From Proteobacteria bacterium UBA2136 (GTDB taxonomy: Bacteria > Pseudomonadota > Alphaproteobacteria > UBA2136): DNA of 64,000 bases. The stretch spans positions 77,735-141,734 of the forward strand of contig DCXM01000001.1 in assembly GCA_002328405.1 (NCBI GenBank), written 5' to 3'. This document shows positions 41,608 through 51,880 of the stretch, in pieces. Position numbers and translations under genes: made by a program. The notes below the pieces were generated by a model. The model was not told the origin of the DNA and did not search any database. It saw only the letters and a list, made by a program, of their open reading frames with translations. How positions within the stretch are numbered: position 1 is the stretch's first letter; every line of letters starts with the position of its first letter.

Positions 41608-42291
41608 TTGATATATAGTGCTGGGCATATATCTACACATCTTTTTTCCCTTTTTAGGAGCCTTATTATGCTTTTTCAAATATCAAAAGAAGCTCAACAG
41701 CTTTTAAACATTCCCCCACTTCAATTTCCACTTATTGACAAAGACACGTTCATAAACCAAATAAACATCAGCAGAGAATTTTTTATGACTGTTTGTGTTT
41801 CGGTTGAACTGGAAGAAAGTGCGTCCTTTTGTGACGAACTTGAAACGCGCATTAAAAATGGTGCATTTACCTTTGATGGTGACAACGATTTTGCAACATT
41901 CACAGCGCAAGATAAATTTGATTTTTACATCAAAATTTTACGCCGCCATGTCAGCACTGAAGTTTATGCAATAAACATTGATGACTGCATTCAAACCTAC
42001 GTCTTAATTGAATATGATCGTATTATAGCAGAACATGAAAGTTTAGGCTCTAAGTGGCCGACGGAATCAAAGGAATATCAAGCGTTAGAAGATGCGGCAT
42101 ATGTTAACCTGAAAATTATTGACAACTTTGAAAGTGACCTTTGTGAGCTTGCCAGAGCCATCAATGGATATATTGATAAGCTACAAAGTGAAACAGACAA
42201 ATACGTTCATTTTTCACGTGCCTTAACATTTCCACTTTCCGTTGAGATGACGCAGTGCAAACCCTTCCGTTACTTTAGAATTGTAAGGTAA
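41608..42291 (+). CDS. Hypothetical acidic protein; probable start at ATG 41668 (AGGAG RBS)
   Basis: No recognisable motifs; only 5 nt separate it from the downstream gmk homolog. Confidence 0.5.
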   Translation: MIYSAGHISTHLFSLFRSLIMLFQISKEAQQLLNIPPLQFPLIDKDTFINQINISREFFMTVCVSVELEESASFCDELETRIKNGAFTFDGDNDFATFTAQDKFDFYIKILRRHVSTEVYAINIDDCIQTYVLIEYDRIIAEHESLGSKWPTESKEYQALEDAAYVNLKIIDNFESDLCELARAINGYIDKLQSETDKYVHFSRALTFPLSVEMTQCKPFRYFRIVR

Positions 42292-42296
42292 ACATT

Positions 42297-42932
42297 ATGA
42301 AAAATTTGTTTTTTGCCATTGTTGGCCCAAGTGGTGCAGGTAAAAACACCATTATGGAAAGGGCCATGGAGCTTTTAAGCCATTACAATGGTTCTGAATT
42401 TCAACTTTGCGCCTTAACCACAGCAACCACACGTGACAAACGCGAGGGAGAAGTGGAAAATGTTCATCATTACTTTATCAGCCGTGAGGCGTTTGAAGAG
42501 CGTATTCAACAAGGTGAACTGCTGGAGTACACCAAAGTGCATGGCAATTATTACGGCGTGCTGAAGGAGACTTTTGAAAACCAGCTCAACCAAACATCAC
42601 TGATAAAGGACATTGACGCTAACGGCGCTTTGAGTATTAAAAAACAGTTTGAAAGCCAAACACGTTGTGTTTTGTTGATGCCGCCTTCGGTTAAAGAGCT
42701 TGAAAAGCGTTTAATTGGCCGTGGTCAATCATCGCAAAGTCGTCTACAAGCTGTTCCTTTAGTAAAGCAAGACTTGCAAATTTTGGATGATGTGGATTGT
42801 GACGCACCGTTTGTTTGCCCCGACCTTGCCGGCTCTAGACCGAACGATTACGACTTGATTCTTTACAACAAAGATATCGAAAAAACGGCAAGAAGCTTGT
42901 ACCAGTTTATACTGGCGCAACTTTCAGCCTGA
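42297..42932 (+). CDS. gmk: Guanylate kinase homolog
   Basis: GPSGAGK P-loop, a TTR...R.GE..G..Y.F segment, GNYYG and an LMPPS..ELEKRL.GRG lid region align with Gmk. Confidence 0.75.
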   Translation: MKNLFFAIVGPSGAGKNTIMERAMELLSHYNGSEFQLCALTTATTRDKREGEVENVHHYFISREAFEERIQQGELLEYTKVHGNYYGVLKETFENQLNQTSLIKDIDANGALSIKKQFESQTRCVLLMPPSVKELEKRLIGRGQSSQSRLQAVPLVKQDLQILDDVDCDAPFVCPDLAGSRPNDYDLILYNKDIEKTARSLYQFILAQLSA

Positions 42933-42938
42933 TAGAAA

Positions 42939-42970
42939 ACAAAAAAGCACCTCGCATGAGGTGCTTTTTT
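42939..42970. terminator. Bidirectional rho-independent terminator after gmk
   Basis: A8, then GCACCTC gcat GAGGTGC, then T6. Confidence 0.85.
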
Positions 42971-42978
42971 ATGCTTCG

Positions 42979-43434
42979 TTATAGAGCGTTAAATTTTGCA
43001 AAAAGCTTGCGTGCACTTTCACCTATGGGTTTCCAAAAGCGGAAGCCTAAGGTTAAAATGGTCAGCAAAGCGGTCATCGCGCGGATGTTCACATCTATAT
43101 CGGTCAATCCCGATAATACATATACAGCAAAGATGCAAATTATCCACAACGCATGCACAACAGGTGCAAGCCAATATGGCGTTGGGTCATCCCCATCATG
43201 GTCTTGCCATAAAGGCTTGCCCAGCTTGTAAGCATAAAAACCAGAAGCCAGCGCCAAAAGCGCCGTTAACCCAGGAGAGATAATAAACGCCCCACCTGCC
43301 AATGCAAGTTGCGCTGGTAAAAACACATACATCGCCATTATTTTATAGGTAAAAACCCACAACCCTAAAATAAGGTTGTTAAAACGGCTTTGGTTGGAAC
43401 TTGAGTTATTTCTATAAGAAGGTTTTTGGGACAT
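42979..43434 (-). CDS. Hypothetical 4-TM membrane protein
   Basis: Hydrophobic 151-aa ORF. Confidence 0.45.
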   Translation of the reverse strand: MSQKPSYRNNSSSNQSRFNNLILGLWVFTYKIMAMYVFLPAQLALAGGAFIISPGLTALLALASGFYAYKLGKPLWQDHDGDDPTPYWLAPVVHALWIICIFAVYVLSGLTDIDVNIRAMTALLTILTLGFRFWKPIGESARKLFAKFNAL

Positions 43435-43734
43435 GGTTATGCCCTCCAGTTGAAAGAAAAGGTGAAAAAGTTATTTAATTTGTAACCATTATAACCGTTG
43501 GTTACAAGTGCTACTTATAATTTTCTGCAATTTTACGCCAAAGGGAGGATAAACAACCGCTGTAAAAGTGCACATAATTTATATAGAGGATGGAACACAA
43601 ACAAAGGCCGTTTGACGATAAGACAAGCGCCAAATGATTGAATGAAACGACGAGACGCCGAAATAAAATTGTGTTAGCCCTCGTGTAAGCTTACCAAGAA
43701 GCCCTGTGGAATGTATCACCACTGGGGCTTCTTG

Positions 43735-44232
43735 CTATTCCACCACCACGTCAGAAATGGCGTAGCTGACTTTCCAGCCTTTGGTGATGTTATACATTTT
43801 TGTAAAACCAGCGTTCACCTCCAGCACCGCATTGGCTTCGGCATCCACCGTTCTAGGCTCTAAACTATGTGGTACGGCATTTTGCACCACACCCACCACA
43901 TTGGTGCCGGATATAAAAATCATATCCAATGGAATGAAGGTATTTTTCATCCAGAAAGACCTTTTTGCTGTATCTTTCCAGACAAAAAGCATCCCCTCAT
44001 TCACCGCCATTTCCCGGCGGTACATCAAACCACGGGAGCGCGCCTCATCATTCACCGCCATTTCCGCTTGTACGTGAACTTTATCGCCATTTGGTGCGGT
44101 CAAAACCACCTCAACCAAATGGTCGTTTTGTGTGCCAAAAAAGCTTAAAATATGGCTGTTAAAAACGGCGTAGCCCAACGCCAATAAAAACAACACCAGC
44201 AATTTTAAATAAGACTTTTGTACTTCTTTCAT
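43735..44232 (-). CDS. DUF192 (COG1430) domain protein with signal peptide
   Basis: GLMYRREM...FWMKNTFIPLDMIFI motif region. Confidence 0.7.
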   Translation of the reverse strand: MKEVQKSYLKLLVLFLLALGYAVFNSHILSFFGTQNDHLVEVVLTAPNGDKVHVQAEMAVNDEARSRGLMYRREMAVNEGMLFVWKDTAKRSFWMKNTFIPLDMIFISGTNVVGVVQNAVPHSLEPRTVDAEANAVLEVNAGFTKMYNITKGWKVSYAISDVVVE

Positions 44233-44253
44233 TTTACCCTCATTTTTTACTTA

Positions 44254-47200
44254 TTATTGTGCGCTTTCTGGTTTGGTAATGTCAGACCGGTTGTACAAAG
44301 TACCAAAAAAGTCTTTTACAATCCCTGGCAATACAAACGAAAGTGGGTTGGCCGAAACCTTTGGATTTTCCACCGACCCTTTAATTTTAAAATCTGCCAC
44401 CAGCAAGCCAGATTGTGACCCTGTTAACAAGTCCCCCAACAGTGGAATTTGCGCAATAAAGGAGTTGATACCCTCGGCTGGAATCAGTTGCCCTTCAAGG
44501 TTTAACTTGTGACTTACCGTGTTGACCTTACCCCTTAAGCGAATGCCAATGGACGGCCCACTTAAAAACGCATGGTCTACAATAATTTCATCCCCCACAT
44601 ACATCAGTGGAATTTCCACTTCTTCAAAGTAAATCCCATCTTTGGATGACAACAATTCTTTGAGTGAAATAAGGGAAAGCAGCTTGGCCATAATCGGCGC
44701 TTCAACCATGTAGGTCTTTTTAATTTTAAGCAGACCTCTGCCTTGCTTTTTACCATCTACCATATAAACATCGGACCTAAAATCGGCATAGCCGCTGCGC
44801 AACGTTTTTAAAATTCCCAGTTCCTTCAGAAGGTCCCCCACCGCTGTTGCTTTTAACCTAAGGGATTGATGCGTGGTGGAAGGTTCCAGCATTTTAAAAT
44901 CAAAATGTTCACCACCGTTTTTGCCCACAACTTCAATGTTTTTTATATTTGCATTTTCCGTTTCAATGTCCGCCACAACTTGTTCAATTTCACCCTCTGG
45001 CAAAACAACCTTTTCAACATTCACATTGATCGCCAAATTTTGACTTTGCGAAACGGACTTAGAACGGTCGGTTTTCAGTAAATCAAACTGGCTTAAATTC
45101 AACTTTCGCCCTACCAAATTAAGCTGATTTTCATGCATAGCCACCTTAAGGTCGTGACCACTTAACTGGAATTTTTTAAGATCCACCTTAGTATTTGGCA
45201 CACCTTGCACCACCCCTTCAATGGACACATCCTGCCCTGTGATGGAAACATCATAAACGCCAAGAGCGTCTTGGTCGCCCAGCACAGCTTCAACCCGTGA
45301 ACTTAACGGCACACCGCTTGGCTTTGTGTATTTTATCGCCGTTTGGGATATTGCATTGGCTGTCAAGTCGCTGTAAATGCTCAAGTCATACAGCCCCAGT
45401 TTTTGAGCCTTTAACTGCACCGACGTTGCCACACTGCCCGACACATCCAACCCCAGCTGTGGCACATAACTGACCGCCACATCCTCTGGCACATCCCCCC
45501 ATACGGAAACAAAAGTTTCCTGCATGGGTTTTTGCATGTTTTCGTACCATTCAAAATTAACATTCATGCCGTTAATCACCGCAGGGGACTGCATTTTAAT
45601 TTCTTGATCAGAAAAATTCACCTGCCCTTTGGGCACCAAAATGTCATAACCTTTTGCAAGGGTTGTGGTGGATATACCCTCCACCTGCGACACAAAATTA
45701 TACTTTACACTTGCGAGAGATAAGTTTTTAAACGGAATGTAGACCGAACCCTTTGAACGGTGCTGACCTGTGATCACAAAAGGCCAAGGCGCAGGGCCTG
45801 TTTCCTTATCTATCACGTTTAAAAGCTTTTCAATCGGGCCAGAAAGTTCACCGCTTAAGGTAATGCCGGGCACCACGTCTTTGGTAAAGTGGCCTGCAAT
45901 AACAGCTTTTAAATCTGCCACCTGCTGCCCTTCTACCATGCCGGATTGTGACTCAATTTGAATGTAGTCATCTTTCATCACAAAACGACCGTTCAAGTTT
46001 TGTGCCGCCTCTGTGTTTTTAAGGAAGGAAAGTGACAAGTCTTCAAAGTCGAAGGAGCCATCAAAGCCACATAATTTATCGCAAAACGGCAACTGACTGG
46101 GCGTACCATAATAAGCCAACTTCAAATTTTTAACTTTTGAGGAATGCACGTTTTTGCGTATCCAGTTTACAGCGCCACGAATGCGCTTGTCCGGCAAATA
46201 ACCTGCCACATGGCTGACCGTTGTTTCCCCAAAGGATTCTAACTTCAAGTCAAAGCGCATGTCCTTTGGTGTTGTCACGTCAAAAATATCGCCAGTAACT
46301 TCCAGCGGCCAGCCCTTACTGTCCGTAAAGGCCAATTTTTCAATGGTGACCTTGTCATTTAAATAGTCATAACGTACCTGCAATTCCCCTTCTGCAATGC
46401 CGAAAGGAAAATTGTACGCTGGCGTGACATGGATAGAACCTTCACGCATGTTCATCCGCACATAAATGTCCTCAAAGCTGTTATCTTCCAAAATGTCTAA
46501 GCTTAAGGTGGCACTACCCTTGGCCTTTACAGGGCTTTTAAAGGGAAAGTAATCATCAAAAAAAGCACTGGTGATGTTTTGTGCTTCAAGGGTTGCGGTT
46601 GCTTTGGGTGCATATTTAGGGTGAATGATGGTCAGCTTAGCTGGTGTCACCCCGATAATGCCAGGTCTTGAAAACTTCCCCTCCACGGCCAAACGCTCCC
46701 CATCGAGGAAGTTTTTTTCAAATAGTATGCGTGCATCCTTAACCGACCAATTTTTCAAATTCACATTGTCATAAATTTGAAGTTGAACATTTTTGGCTTC
46801 CAAACTTTTAAAGTTATTAAAGTAGGGTGAGCGCCCCACCTCATTGTTGAGATACTCAATAAAGCTTAAAGTGACTGATTTACTTTCACCATCGTCCACA
46901 TCGGCTTTGTTTTGGGATTTTTTAAGCGGAAAACCTGCAATGTACGCACCTTCCACTTCGTGTTGAATGTCCACGCTTAAGCCGTCTAACACAATGTGTT
47001 TGGGTGCCCAAATGCCTTTTAAAAAACCACGGTTGGAAAAACTGGCATAAACCTTCGAAATGTTTAAAACAGGCTCGCCTTCGGCATTTAAAATTTCGCC
47101 GTCTTGCCCTTGCATTTTAAAGTGGCCATCAAACCAAACTTTAAGTTTGCGCAATTTAACTTGGCTGTCATCAAACTTTAAAAAGCTTTCAACCCACGGG

Positions 47201-47328
47201 CTACTGGTGTCAATCACAATAGGTTTGTATGAAAGCAAACCCCAAACCGCCACCACAAAAATAACCACCACAAAAAAGGTGGCCATCAACCATCTGTGAA
47301 GTTTACAACATGCGTTCCATATCGCCAT
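44254..47328 (-). CDS. AsmA-family / YhdP-like large envelope protein (DUF3971-type)
   Basis: 1024 aa with an N-terminal TM anchor and a long beta-rich repetitive body. Confidence 0.65.
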   Translation of the reverse strand: MAIWNACCKLHRWLMATFFVVVIFVVAVWGLLSYKPIVIDTSSPWVESFLKFDDSQVKLRKLKVWFDGHFKMQGQDGEILNAEGEPVLNISKVYASFSNRGFLKGIWAPKHIVLDGLSVDIQHEVEGAYIAGFPLKKSQNKADVDDGESKSVTLSFIEYLNNEVGRSPYFNNFKSLEAKNVQLQIYDNVNLKNWSVKDARILFEKNFLDGERLAVEGKFSRPGIIGVTPAKLTIIHPKYAPKATATLEAQNITSAFFDDYFPFKSPVKAKGSATLSLDILEDNSFEDIYVRMNMREGSIHVTPAYNFPFGIAEGELQVRYDYLNDKVTIEKLAFTDSKGWPLEVTGDIFDVTTPKDMRFDLKLESFGETTVSHVAGYLPDKRIRGAVNWIRKNVHSSKVKNLKLAYYGTPSQLPFCDKLCGFDGSFDFEDLSLSFLKNTEAAQNLNGRFVMKDDYIQIESQSGMVEGQQVADLKAVIAGHFTKDVVPGITLSGELSGPIEKLLNVIDKETGPAPWPFVITGQHRSKGSVYIPFKNLSLASVKYNFVSQVEGISTTTLAKGYDILVPKGQVNFSDQEIKMQSPAVINGMNVNFEWYENMQKPMQETFVSVWGDVPEDVAVSYVPQLGLDVSGSVATSVQLKAQKLGLYDLSIYSDLTANAISQTAIKYTKPSGVPLSSRVEAVLGDQDALGVYDVSITGQDVSIEGVVQGVPNTKVDLKKFQLSGHDLKVAMHENQLNLVGRKLNLSQFDLLKTDRSKSVSQSQNLAINVNVEKVVLPEGEIEQVVADIETENANIKNIEVVGKNGGEHFDFKMLEPSTTHQSLRLKATAVGDLLKELGILKTLRSGYADFRSDVYMVDGKKQGRGLLKIKKTYMVEAPIMAKLLSLISLKELLSSKDGIYFEEVEIPLMYVGDEIIVDHAFLSGPSIGIRLRGKVNTVSHKLNLEGQLIPAEGINSFIAQIPLLGDLLTGSQSGLLVADFKIKGSVENPKVSANPLSFVLPGIVKDFFGTLYNRSDITKPESAQ

Positions 47329-47346
47329 ATTTGAATGTTACTTTCG

Positions 47347-48472
47347 CTAGTCGGTCTTTTTAGCACCACGCACGTTGTTCACACGGGCAGCCAAAGCTTC
47401 TGAAATAAAGTTGTCAATGTCACCATCTAAGACAGCAGAAGTGTTACCGGTTTCCGCACCTGTGCGCAAATCCTTCACCATTTGATATGGGTGTAAAACG
47501 TAGGACCTGATTTGATGCCCCCAGCCATTGTCTGTCTTCGTAGCTTCCACTGCGTCACGCTCTTCTTCTTGCTTGCGAATTTCCAGTTCATAAAGGCGGG
47601 CTTGCAACATTTTCATCGCCTCGTCTTTGTTTTTGTGCTGCGAACGTTGGTTTTGACATTGAACCACAATGCCGGTTGGTTCGTGGGTAATACGCACCGC
47701 ACTGTCCGTGGTGTTCACATGTTGCCCACCAGCGCCGCTGGCACGGTAAGTGTCAACCCGCAGGTCACTTGGGTTAATTTCCACTTCAATGGAATCATCC
47801 ACCTCTGGGTATGAAAACACGGAAGCAAAGGACGTGTGGCGCCTGTTTTGCGAATCAAACGGTGACACCCGCACAAGCCTGTGGACACCACTTTCCGTTT
47901 TGGCCAAGCCGTATGCAAATGGGCCGCTAAATTTCATAACTGCGGACTTAATACCCGCTTCATCACCTTTGGTTTCGTCGACAATTTCAACTTTAAAGCC
48001 GTTACGCTCGCCCCATCTTAGGTACATGCGCATCAACATTGAGGCCCAGTCCTGCGACTCTGTTCCCCCTGCGCCGGAATGCACTTCAATAAAGGCATTG
48101 TTACGGTCCGCCTTGCCGCTAAGCAAGCGTTCAGTTTCCAGCCTTTCGGTTTCTTGCAACAGTTTGTGCAGTTCATTTTCGCCGTCAATCACAGCGTCTT
48201 TATCGTCTTCAGCTTCGCCAAGTTCAATAAAGGATACTGCGTCCTCCAACCTTGTGGACATTTTGGACATTTTTTGAATATTGCCCTCAATGTGGGACTT
48301 TTCTTGCATGATGCCACGGGCTTTTTCCGCATCGTTCCAAAGGTCGGGGTTTTCAACTTGTTTGTTTAACTCATCAAGGCGTTTTTGCATGGACTCCAAG
48401 TCAAAAATACCCCCTCAGCAGTTCTAGCGACTGCTCAATTTTAGCAACAAGTTGTTTATGTTCTGCTTGCAT
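47347..48472 (-). CDS. prfB: Peptide chain release factor 2, expressed via programmed +1 ribosomal frameshift
   Basis: Frame-0 leader MQAEHKQLVAKIEQSLELLRGYF ends at a UGA (48403..48401). The +1 frame continues DLESMQKRLDEL... through the SPF and GGQ (SGAGGQHVNTTDSAVR) motifs. An AAGGAA RBS precedes the ATG at 48472. Confidence 0.9.
48401..48416 (-). promoter_or_regulatory. prfB +1 frameshift cassette: AGGGGG uau UUU UGA C
   Basis: SD-like AGGGGG 3 nt upstream of a slippery UUU followed by an in-frame UGA and C, the same layout as the E. coli prfB autoregulatory site. Confidence 0.85.
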
Positions 48473-48485
48473 TGGTCTACTTTCC

Positions 48486-51008
48486 TTAATATATACCTTG
48501 CCAGTTAATGTCCTGCCCGTCGGCCTGTAACACTTTTTTGTTGGACTTTTTGTTTGATGTTGGCTCTGTGCCATGCACAAAGGATTCAAAAATCTTGCGC
48601 TTGGTTTTGCTGTTAGGTAACAAGCCTGTGTCTGCATCAATTTGCACAAAGGTAATGCCGTTTGGCACTTTAAAATGGAGTGGTGATTGGTTGGGCCTGT
48701 TCAAAGCTTCTTTCGCAAAGTCCACCCAAATTGGTGCCGCCGCTTTTGAACCCGTTTCGGACTGACCCATCGGTTGTGGCAAGTCAAACCCAACCCAAGA
48801 GCCCAGCGCCATGTTAGGGGAAATACCCATCAACCAAGCGTCAATAAAGTCATTGGTGGTTCCTGTTTTAGCACCCACAGCTTGACCCACGGCTTTTGCA
48901 CGCCAAGCACTGCCGTTACGGACAATGCCTTGCAAAAGTTCAGTCATCTGAAAAGCCACTGTTTCGGGGATAATCTGCTCACCCAACCCTGGCAATGGTT
49001 GCGGTTTGTAAATAGATTCATTGGCGCTGATTTGGCAACTTTCACAAGCATCATGCTGGCGGTAAACAACATTGCCGACCGCATCTTGAATATAATTCAC
49101 AGCGTAAGGTTTGATCAATCGACCACCATTGGTGAAGACCGAATAAGCCCCTGTCATTTCCATCAAAGTGATGGACGATGACCCCAATGCGGTGGACAAG
49201 TTTCTGTCCATCTGTGCGGTGATGCCAAATTTACGGGCATAGCGAATGATATTGCCAATACCCAGCTGACGTGCCAAGCGGATAGTCATCAAGTTACGGG
49301 ACTTTTCTAGCCCGCGCCTTAGGGTGGATTCTCCATAAACTTTTTCGCTGTAGTTTTGTGGCTTCCACGTTCTATCCAGTTCGTCATTACGCAACACAAC
49401 AGGCGCATCTAAAATAAGGGACGCTGGTGTATAACCCTTTTCAAGTGCCAAAGCATAAACCAAAGGCTTGAGGGACGAACCAACCTGGCGCTTAGCTTGC
49501 ACTGCACGGTTGAAACCTGTGCCGTCGTATAGCCCACCCACCATCGCCAAAATGGCACCGGTTTCCGCTTCCAACGCCACAAAAGCACCTTGGACGTTTG
49601 GAATTTGCTCTAAGCTGTAGTAACCGTCTTCTAGTTTAGCGCCCTTGGCAGGGTCATAGGTGTTCGCCATCGCTTTTACCATCACCACATCGTTGACGTT
49701 TAACACGTCAGAAACCTTTTGTATGCTTGGGCCTAGAGTATTTTCATCTTCATAAGCACGGGCCCATTTGAGCGCCGCCAGCTCAATCAACCCTTCTTGG
49801 TTTTGTGGCAAACCTATTTTGGCAAATCCGGCATTGTCATTCACTTCCAAAACAATGGCGGGTGTGCCAATGTTTTGGAACTCTGTCCAGTTTTTAGCTT
49901 CGGCATCAATGCGTGCCTGCCAGTTCATTAAAATACCGATGCGGGCAATGGGACCACGGTAACCGTGACGACGGTCATAGGCACGCAGGTTTTTATAAAC
50001 CGCTTCTTCTGCGTAGGATTGCAGTTCTTTGTCTAACGTGGTGGCAATGTGGTATCCACCGGTGTACAACGCATCTTCGCCGTACATGTCCAGCACAAAG
50101 CGTCGCACATGTTCACTAAAATGTGGCGCCGCCTCACCTGACATCAGGTAAACCCTTTCCGCACCCAAGTCGGAAGCAACGGCTTGCTGACGTTCTTCTT
50201 CTGTAATAAAACCTTCCGCCGCCATACGGCCCAACACCACATCACGGCGGTAACGTGCCACCTGTGGGTTTGAAAGCGGGCTATAACGTGAAGGCGCTTT
50301 GGGCAACCCTGCCAGCATCGCCGCTTCAGCGTGGGTCAGTTCTTCGAGTTCTTTGTTATAATAGGTAAGCGCTGCAGCCGCCACACCATAAGCACCACTG
50401 CCTAAGTAAATTTCATTAAGGTAAAGCTCTAAAATTTTATCCTTACTGAAGGCTTTTTCAATTCGGTAGGACAAAATCAGCTCTTTAATCTTACGGGTAT
50501 ATGTCCGCTCATTGGTCAGCAAAAAGTTTTTAGCCACCTGCTGAGTGATGGTGCTGGCACCTTGCTTGCTACGCCCTAAAATGTTGTTAATGGCGGCACG
50601 GGCAATACCAATCAGGTCAAAGCCGCTGTGTTGATAAAACTGGTCATCCTCTGCTGCTAGATAGGCATTGATGATATTATCGGGCATTTCATCAATCGGC
50701 ACATAAATACGGCGTTGCTTGGCATATTCTACCAAAACCTCGCCATGACGGTCATAAACCTTAGTGATCAACTTTGGTTTATATTCAGCTAACGTGCGAT
50801 AGTCCGGCACTTGGGTGGCAAAATAAGCCAAAATAGCAATTACCAACAACACACCGCACACAAAACCATAACAACCCAAAGCAAACAATGCTTTGAGCTT
50901 ATAGTAAGAATTTTCTTTATCAGGCCAATATTTCATAAGCCACATACTAAATTCAACACCCCCATTTAGCAAGTTAAAATAAGGGTATTTTCCTACAAAA
51001 ACACCCAT
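48486..51008 (-). CDS. mrcA: Penicillin-binding protein 1A (bifunctional glycosyltransferase/transpeptidase)
   Basis: 840 aa with GT51 motifs (EDDQFYQHSG, RKIKE) and transpeptidase SxxK/SxN/KTG motifs (KTGTT). Confidence 0.9.
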   Translation of the reverse strand: MGVFVGKYPYFNLLNGGVEFSMWLMKYWPDKENSYYKLKALFALGCYGFVCGVLLVIAILAYFATQVPDYRTLAEYKPKLITKVYDRHGEVLVEYAKQRRIYVPIDEMPDNIINAYLAAEDDQFYQHSGFDLIGIARAAINNILGRSKQGASTITQQVAKNFLLTNERTYTRKIKELILSYRIEKAFSKDKILELYLNEIYLGSGAYGVAAAALTYYNKELEELTHAEAAMLAGLPKAPSRYSPLSNPQVARYRRDVVLGRMAAEGFITEEERQQAVASDLGAERVYLMSGEAAPHFSEHVRRFVLDMYGEDALYTGGYHIATTLDKELQSYAEEAVYKNLRAYDRRHGYRGPIARIGILMNWQARIDAEAKNWTEFQNIGTPAIVLEVNDNAGFAKIGLPQNQEGLIELAALKWARAYEDENTLGPSIQKVSDVLNVNDVVMVKAMANTYDPAKGAKLEDGYYSLEQIPNVQGAFVALEAETGAILAMVGGLYDGTGFNRAVQAKRQVGSSLKPLVYALALEKGYTPASLILDAPVVLRNDELDRTWKPQNYSEKVYGESTLRRGLEKSRNLMTIRLARQLGIGNIIRYARKFGITAQMDRNLSTALGSSSITLMEMTGAYSVFTNGGRLIKPYAVNYIQDAVGNVVYRQHDACESCQISANESIYKPQPLPGLGEQIIPETVAFQMTELLQGIVRNGSAWRAKAVGQAVGAKTGTTNDFIDAWLMGISPNMALGSWVGFDLPQPMGQSETGSKAAAPIWVDFAKEALNRPNQSPLHFKVPNGITFVQIDADTGLLPNSKTKRKIFESFVHGTEPTSNKKSNKKVLQADGQDINWQGIY

Positions 51009-51277
51009 TTAAGCAGGTTTAAAAATAATTTAAATTTGTACTTGACAGTCCACTTTTTTATGTTATTGTTGCGCTCCCTAGCAAATAGGCAACACTTTCA
51101 CTTTTTTCAAAATCACACAACCATCAAGGCGAAATGATTATAACTAAAGGCTAATCACCTAGTAACGAACATTGTGGAATGGTTAAATATTCACACAGTT
51201 CAACACCCATTTGTTGTACATCCGTGCAACACTTTTTCACACTTTTTATTTATAAGTTCATTCAAGGAACATAGAAC

Positions 51278-51796
51278 ATGAAAAACCTTTTATCGCTCTC
51301 AATCGCAGCAGGCTTACTTTTTGCAACAACCGCACAAGCAGTCACCACAACACATGTGCAAACTGTGAAAGGTGGGGTCACCCGAACACAGGGAACTTCC
51401 AGCGGAAATTTCCAGCAGACCACGCATAGCAGTAAGTATGTTGAGCTTTTGAACGGACAGGGCGATAGCTTAACAACCTATTTCTCATACGAAGAAGGTA
51501 AAAACAAAGGGGAACACCAGTCACAAACCCGCTTTAGCGGGCAGGAACGCTACACCGTTACTGGCAATGTTGTTACCGGCAACGCAACTGAAAACAGTTA
51601 CACCACCGGTTATAACAGCAACAGCAAAAAAGGCACGTTCCAAAACATTGAAGACGGCGTGGTGAACAGCTACTCCGCCAATGGCGAGGTAAGTGAACAA
51701 CGTAACTTTAGCAACAATGAAGTGGGACGCTTTAGCAACAGCAGCCGCACCAGTTACTATGAGCGCAGTTCATCACGTTCGCACTTTGCGCACTAA
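51278..51796 (+). CDS. Secreted low-complexity (Thr/Ser/Gly/Asn-rich) hypothetical protein
   Basis: Signal peptide MKNLLSLSIAAGLLFATTAQA followed by polar low-complexity sequence. Confidence 0.5.
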   Translation: MKNLLSLSIAAGLLFATTAQAVTTTHVQTVKGGVTRTQGTSSGNFQQTTHSSKYVELLNGQGDSLTTYFSYEEGKNKGEHQSQTRFSGQERYTVTGNVVTGNATENSYTTGYNSNSKKGTFQNIEDGVVNSYSANGEVSEQRNFSNNEVGRFSNSSRTSYYERSSSRSHFAH

Positions 51797-51880
51797 TAAA
51801 CTTAACTTATAACAAGCGTTAATCATTTAAGGGGGCGGTTTCGCCCTCTTCTTTCATTTCACATAAACTTAAACGATAAA

